Assembly (NCBI RefSeq): GCF_003334385.1
Contig: NZ_QOWN01000099.1
Strand: one strand, 5' to 3'
Origin: Escherichia coli
Lineage (GTDB): Bacteria; Pseudomonadota; Gammaproteobacteria; Enterobacterales; Enterobacteriaceae
DNA: 2,537 nt
Part shown: piece by piece, positions 1 through 2,537 of the stretch
Position numbering within the stretch: the first letter of the stretch is position 1
Layout: each line of letters opens with the position of its first letter
Position numbers and translations under genes: made by a program
Notes under the pieces: model-generated
Seen by the model: the letters and a program-made list of their open reading frames with translations, nothing else
Database searches by the model: none
What the model was told of the DNA's origin: nothing

Positions 1-1908
1 CGGACGCTGACGCTCGACCGTGAAATCACGCTGCCATCCTCCGGTACCACGCTGATAAGCCTGGTTGACGGAAGTGGCAATCCGGTCAGCGTGGAGGTTC
101 AGTCCGTCACCGACGGCGTGAAGGTAAAAGTGAGCCGTGTTCCTGAGGGTGTTGCTGAATACAGCGTGTGGGGGCTTAAGCTGCCGACGCTGCGCCAGCG
201 CCTGTTCCGCTGCGTGAGTATCCGTGAGAACGACGACGGCACGTATGCCATCACCGCCGTGCAGCATGTGCCGGAAAAAGAGGCCATCGTGGATAACGGG
301 GCGCACTTTGACGGCGAACAGAGTGGCACGGTGAATGGTGTCACGCCGCCAGCGGTGCAGCACCTGACCGCAGAAGTCACTGCAGACAGCGGGGAATATC
401 AGGTGCTGGCGCGATGGGACACACCGAAGGTGGTGAAGGGCGTGAGCTTTATGCTTCGCCTGACCGTGGCAGCGGACGACGGCAGTGAGCGGCTGGTCAG
501 CACGGCCCGGACGACAGAAACCACATACCGCTTCAGGCAGCTGGCGCTGGGGAACTACAGGCTGACAGTCCGGGCGGTAAATGCGTGGGGGCAGCAGGGC
601 GATCCGGCATCGGTATCGTTCCGGATTGCCGCACCGGCAGCGCCTGTCACTATTGAACTGATACCGGGGTATTTTCAGATAACGGCGGTCCCGAAACTGG
701 CTGTATATGACCCGACGGTGCAGTTTGAGTTCTGGTTCTCGGAAAAGCAAATTATTGATATCAGGCAGGTTGAAACCAGCGCGCGTTATCTTGGTACGGC
801 GCTGTACTGGATAGCCGCCAGTAGCAATATTAAGCCGGGTTATGATTATTACTTTTATATCCGCAGTGTGAACACCGTTGGCAAATCGGCATTCGTGGAG
901 GCTGTCGGTCGGGCGAGCGATGATGCGGAAGGTTACCTGGATTTTTTCAAAGACAAGATAACCGAATCTCATCTCGGCAAGGAGTTGCTGGAAAAAGTCG
1001 ACCTGACGGAGGATAACGCCAGCAGACTGGATGAGTTTTCGAAAGAGTGGAAGGACGCTAACGATAAATGGAATGCCATGTGGGGCGTCAAAATTGAGCA
1101 GACCAAAGACGGCAAACATTATGTCGCGGGTATTGGCCTCAGCATGGAGGACACGGAGGAAGGCAAGCTGAGCCAGTTTCTGGTTGCCGCTAACCGTATC
1201 GCGTTTATTGACCCGACAAACGGGAATGAAACGCCGATGTTTGTGGCGCAGGGCAATCAGATATTCATGAACGACGTGTTCCTGAAGCGCCTGACGGCCC
1301 CCACCATTACCAGCGGTGGCAGTCCTCCGGTATTTTCCCTGACATCAGACGGAAAGCTGACCGCTAAAAATGCGGATATCAGTGGCAGTGTGAATGCGAA
1401 CGCCGGGACGCTCAACAATGTCACGGTAAATGAAAACTGTACGATTAAGGGCATGCTGGAGGCGACTCAGGTCAGAGGTGACTTCGTTAAAGCTGTATCC
1501 AAATCATTTCCGAAACAGGCTGGTACGTGGGGTAATACGGAAACACCAAACGGGACGGTTACAGTCACCATCAGCGATGATCATAACTTTGACCGTCAAA
1601 TCATTATTCCGCCCATTATCTTTAACGGAATAGCGTATAGCGATCCGGGAAGTGGTAATAACCCGGGAGGTACAAGATACACGGGGTATGGTTTTGAAGT
1701 TCGCAAAAACGGTGTATTAATCGCATCCAGAGAAACTAAAGGGGCCATTCCCGGTAGCTACAGTGCGGTTATTGATATGCCGAGTGGCAGGGGAAGCGTC
1801 ACTCTGGAGTTTAAGGTTTTCCATAAAGGCAATCAGCGGGCAGGTAATATCACCGACTGTACGGTGATTGTGACCAAAAAAGCCGCTTCCGGCATCAGTA
1901 TTCGTTGA
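1..1908 (+). CDS. J: Phage tail-tip central fibre / host-specificity protein J, C-terminal ~636 codons (5'-partial; the gene starts upstream of the window)
   Basis: Frame +1 is open from nt 1 to the TGA at 1906-1908. The GTG at 91 reported by the ORF track is internal, since the frame has no stop upstream of it. The translation contains two fibronectin-III-like beta-sandwich segments (e.g. ...[27 protein letters not shown]... and ...[23 protein letters not shown]...). It also contains a segment (...[69 protein letters not shown]...[13 protein letters not shown]...) that I recognise as characteristic of lambda-family J proteins. It ends ...[10 protein letters not shown], whereas lambda J as I recall it ends ...KKQALGISVV. 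Its position immediately upstream of lom matches lambda genome order. Confidence 0.9.
   Translation, partial: RTLTLDREITLPSSGTTLISLVDGSGNPVSVEVQSVTDGVKVKVSRVPEGVAEYSVWGLKLPTLRQRLFRCVSIRENDDGTYAITAVQHVPEKEAIVDNGAHFDGEQSGTVNGVTPPAVQHLTAEVTADSGEYQVLARWDTPKVVKGVSFMLRLTVAADDGSERLVSTARTTETTYRFRQLALGNYRLTVRAVNAWGQQGDPASVSFRIAAPAAPVTIELIPGYFQITAVPKLAVYDPTVQFEFWFSEKQIIDIRQVETSARYLGTALYWIAASSNIKPGYDYYFYIRSVNTVGKSAFVEAVGRASDDAEGYLDFFKDKITESHLGKELLEKVDLTEDNASRLDEFSKEWKDANDKWNAMWGVKIEQTKDGKHYVAGIGLSMEDTEEGKLSQFLVAANRIAFIDPTNGNETPMFVAQGNQIFMNDVFLKRLTAPTITSGGSPPVFSLTSDGKLTAKNADISGSVNANAGTLNNVTVNENCTIKGMLEATQVRGDFVKAVSKSFPKQAGTWGNTETPNGTVTVTISDDHNFDRQIIIPPIIFNGIAYSDPGSGNNPGGTRYTGYGFEVRKNGVLIASRETKGAIPGSYSAVIDMPSGRGSVTLEFKVFHKGNQRAGNITDCTVIVTKKAASGISIR
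346..915 (+). other. Two tandem fibronectin type III-like (Ig-like beta-sandwich) domains within J (approx. 346-630 and 631-915)
   Basis: Each ~95-aa segment has the alternating hydrophobic beta-strand pattern with a conserved Trp/Tyr core and ends with a Pro/Ala-rich linker ([12 protein letters not shown] at the first boundary). Boundaries are approximate and read by eye from the translation. Confidence 0.45.
1459..1908 (+). other. C-terminal receptor-binding domain of J (distal tip, host-range determinant); allele appears divergent from lambda
   Basis: In lambda-family J proteins the last ~150 aa form the receptor-binding domain. Here this segment (...[149 protein letters not shown]) keeps recognisable anchor motifs (DDHxFDRQI, IDMPxGRG, GIS at the terminus) but differs at most other positions from my recollection of lambda J. 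Hand-counted GC is ~46% in 1501-1620, against ~62% in 1-120. Confidence 0.5.
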
Positions 1909-1929
1909 AATTGTTATAACCCATATAAG

Positions 1930-1956
1930 GGCACCAGAAATGGTGCCTTTTTTATT
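1930..1956 (+). terminator. Rho-independent (intrinsic) terminator downstream of J
   Basis: Perfect 7-bp inverted repeat GGCACCA (1930-1936) / TGGTGCC (1941-1947) with a GAAA tetraloop (1937-1940), followed immediately by TTTTTTATT (1948-1956). It lies 22 nt after the J stop codon. Confidence 0.6.
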
Positions 1957-1966
1957 GCAGAAAAGC

Positions 1967-1972
1967 GAGAGG
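1967..1972 (+). promoter_or_regulatory. Shine-Dalgarno / ribosome-binding site for lom
   Basis: GAGAGG at 1967-1972, 5 nt upstream of the ATG at 1978; purine-rich and appropriately spaced. Confidence 0.6.
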
Positions 1973-1977
1973 TAATT

Positions 1978-2049
1978 ATGCGTAAACTTTATGCCGCCAT
2001 TTTTTCCGCAGCCATTTGTCTGGCCGTATCCGGTGCGCCTGCATGGGCA
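1978..2049 (+). other. Sec signal peptide of Lom (24 aa, predicted cleavage AWA|SE)
   Basis: N-terminal basic residues (MRK), a hydrophobic core ([14 protein letters not shown]) and an A-x-A signal-peptidase I site (PAWA) before the mature sequence SEHQ. Confidence 0.75.
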
Positions 2050-2537
2050 TCTGAACATCAGTCCACGCTGAGCGCGGGGTATCTTCATGCCTCGACGAAC
2101 GTTCCCGGCAGCGATGATCTGAACGGGATTAACGTGAAATACCGTTATGAGTTTACGGACACACTGGGGCTGGTGACGTCATTCAGCTATGCAGGAGACA
2201 AGAATCGCCAGCTTACCCGTTACAGCGATACCCGCTGGCATGAAGATTCCGTGCGTAACCGCTGGTTCAGCGTGATGGTGGGGCCGTCTGTGCGCGTGAA
2301 TGAATGGTTCAGCGCGTATGCGATGGCGGGTGTGGCTTACAGCCGTATTTCGACTTTCTCCGGGGATTATCTCCGCGTAACTGACAACAAGGGGAAAACG
2401 CACGATGTGCTGACCGGAAGTGATGACGGTCGCCACAGCAACACGTCTCTGGCGTGGGGAGCTGGCGTGCAGTTTAACCCGACCGAATCCGTGGCCATTG
2501 ATATTGCTTATGAAGGCTCCGGCAGTGGTGACTGGCG
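1978..2537 (+). CDS. lom: Lom outer-membrane protein (Ail/Lom/OmpX/PagC family 8-stranded beta-barrel), 3'-partial; runs off the window edge
   Basis: ATG at 1978 preceded by the SD. Hand translation gives [186 protein letters not shown]..., which matches my recollection of bacteriophage lambda Lom almost residue for residue. No stop occurs before the window end, which is why the ORF track omits it. The position directly after J is as in lambda. Confidence 0.92.

Noticed and set aside
91-93. GTG at 91 proposed by the ORF track as the start of the 605-aa ORF
   Set aside because: Frame +1 is open from nt 1 with no upstream stop and the upstream codons continue the protein sensibly (…[17 protein letters not shown]…). 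There is no SD before 91, and J-family proteins are >1000 aa. This is an internal Val codon, and the gene is 5'-truncated by the window.
99-380. Minus-strand 93-aa ORF
   Set aside because: It lies entirely antisense within the GC-rich J coding region. The product is Cys/Thr/Ser-rich and low in complexity with no recognisable motif, as expected for a chance open frame opposite a high-GC gene.
1257-1454. Minus-strand 65-aa ORF
   Set aside because: Embedded antisense within J with no RBS context. Judged a spurious ORF.
1474-1482. RGD tripeptide (VRGDF) in the J receptor-binding domain
   Set aside because: RGD is an integrin-binding motif in eukaryotic contexts. A tripeptide occurs by chance frequently, and there is no reason to expect an integrin-binding function in a coliphage tail tip.
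1430-1633. Plus-strand 67-aa ORF in an alternative frame
   Set aside because: It overlaps the J reading frame out of phase. The product is Arg-rich ([16 protein letters not shown]...), typical of an off-frame translation, and shows no support for being a real overlapping gene.
1717-2088. Minus-strand 123-aa ORF spanning the J 3' end, the spacer and the lom 5' end
   Set aside because: It is antisense to two well-supported genes and runs across the terminator hairpin. Judged an artefact of ORF calling.
2179-2436. Minus-strand 85-aa ORF
   Set aside because: It is antisense within lom. The His/Arg-rich product has no recognisable features, and the forward-strand Lom translation explains this region fully.
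1-2537. Search for a novel defence or anti-defence system, CRISPR array, toxin-antitoxin pair, tRNA, att site or transposon ends
   Set aside because: The whole window is accounted for by J, a 69-nt spacer and lom. I saw no direct-repeat arrays, no terminal inverted repeats and no unexplained ORFs. I cannot honestly report an undescribed system here; the hotspot downstream of lom lies outside this window.

Overview
This window is the junction of two well-known genes of a lambda-like (lambdoid) siphovirus or prophage of Enterobacteriaceae, both on the + strand. Positions 1-1908 are the 3' portion of a tail-tip central fibre / host-specificity protein gene (J family), open to the 5' window edge. 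A 69-nt spacer follows, carrying a strong hairpin plus T-tract (intrinsic terminator) and a Shine-Dalgarno. From 1978 to the window edge is the 5' portion of lom, an Ail/Lom/OmpX/PagC-family outer-membrane beta-barrel gene with a clear signal peptide; it is missing from the ORF track only because it has no stop inside the window. I see no RNA genes, CRISPR repeats, transposon ends or integrase/att signatures. I do not find a new defence or other undescribed system here. The most interesting point is that the extreme C-terminal (receptor-binding) segment of J looks like a divergent allele and sits in a lower-GC stretch, while lom matches my recollection of lambda Lom almost exactly; that pattern suggests a host-range module swap. 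All homology statements rest on recall of protein families and on hand translation, not on a database search.
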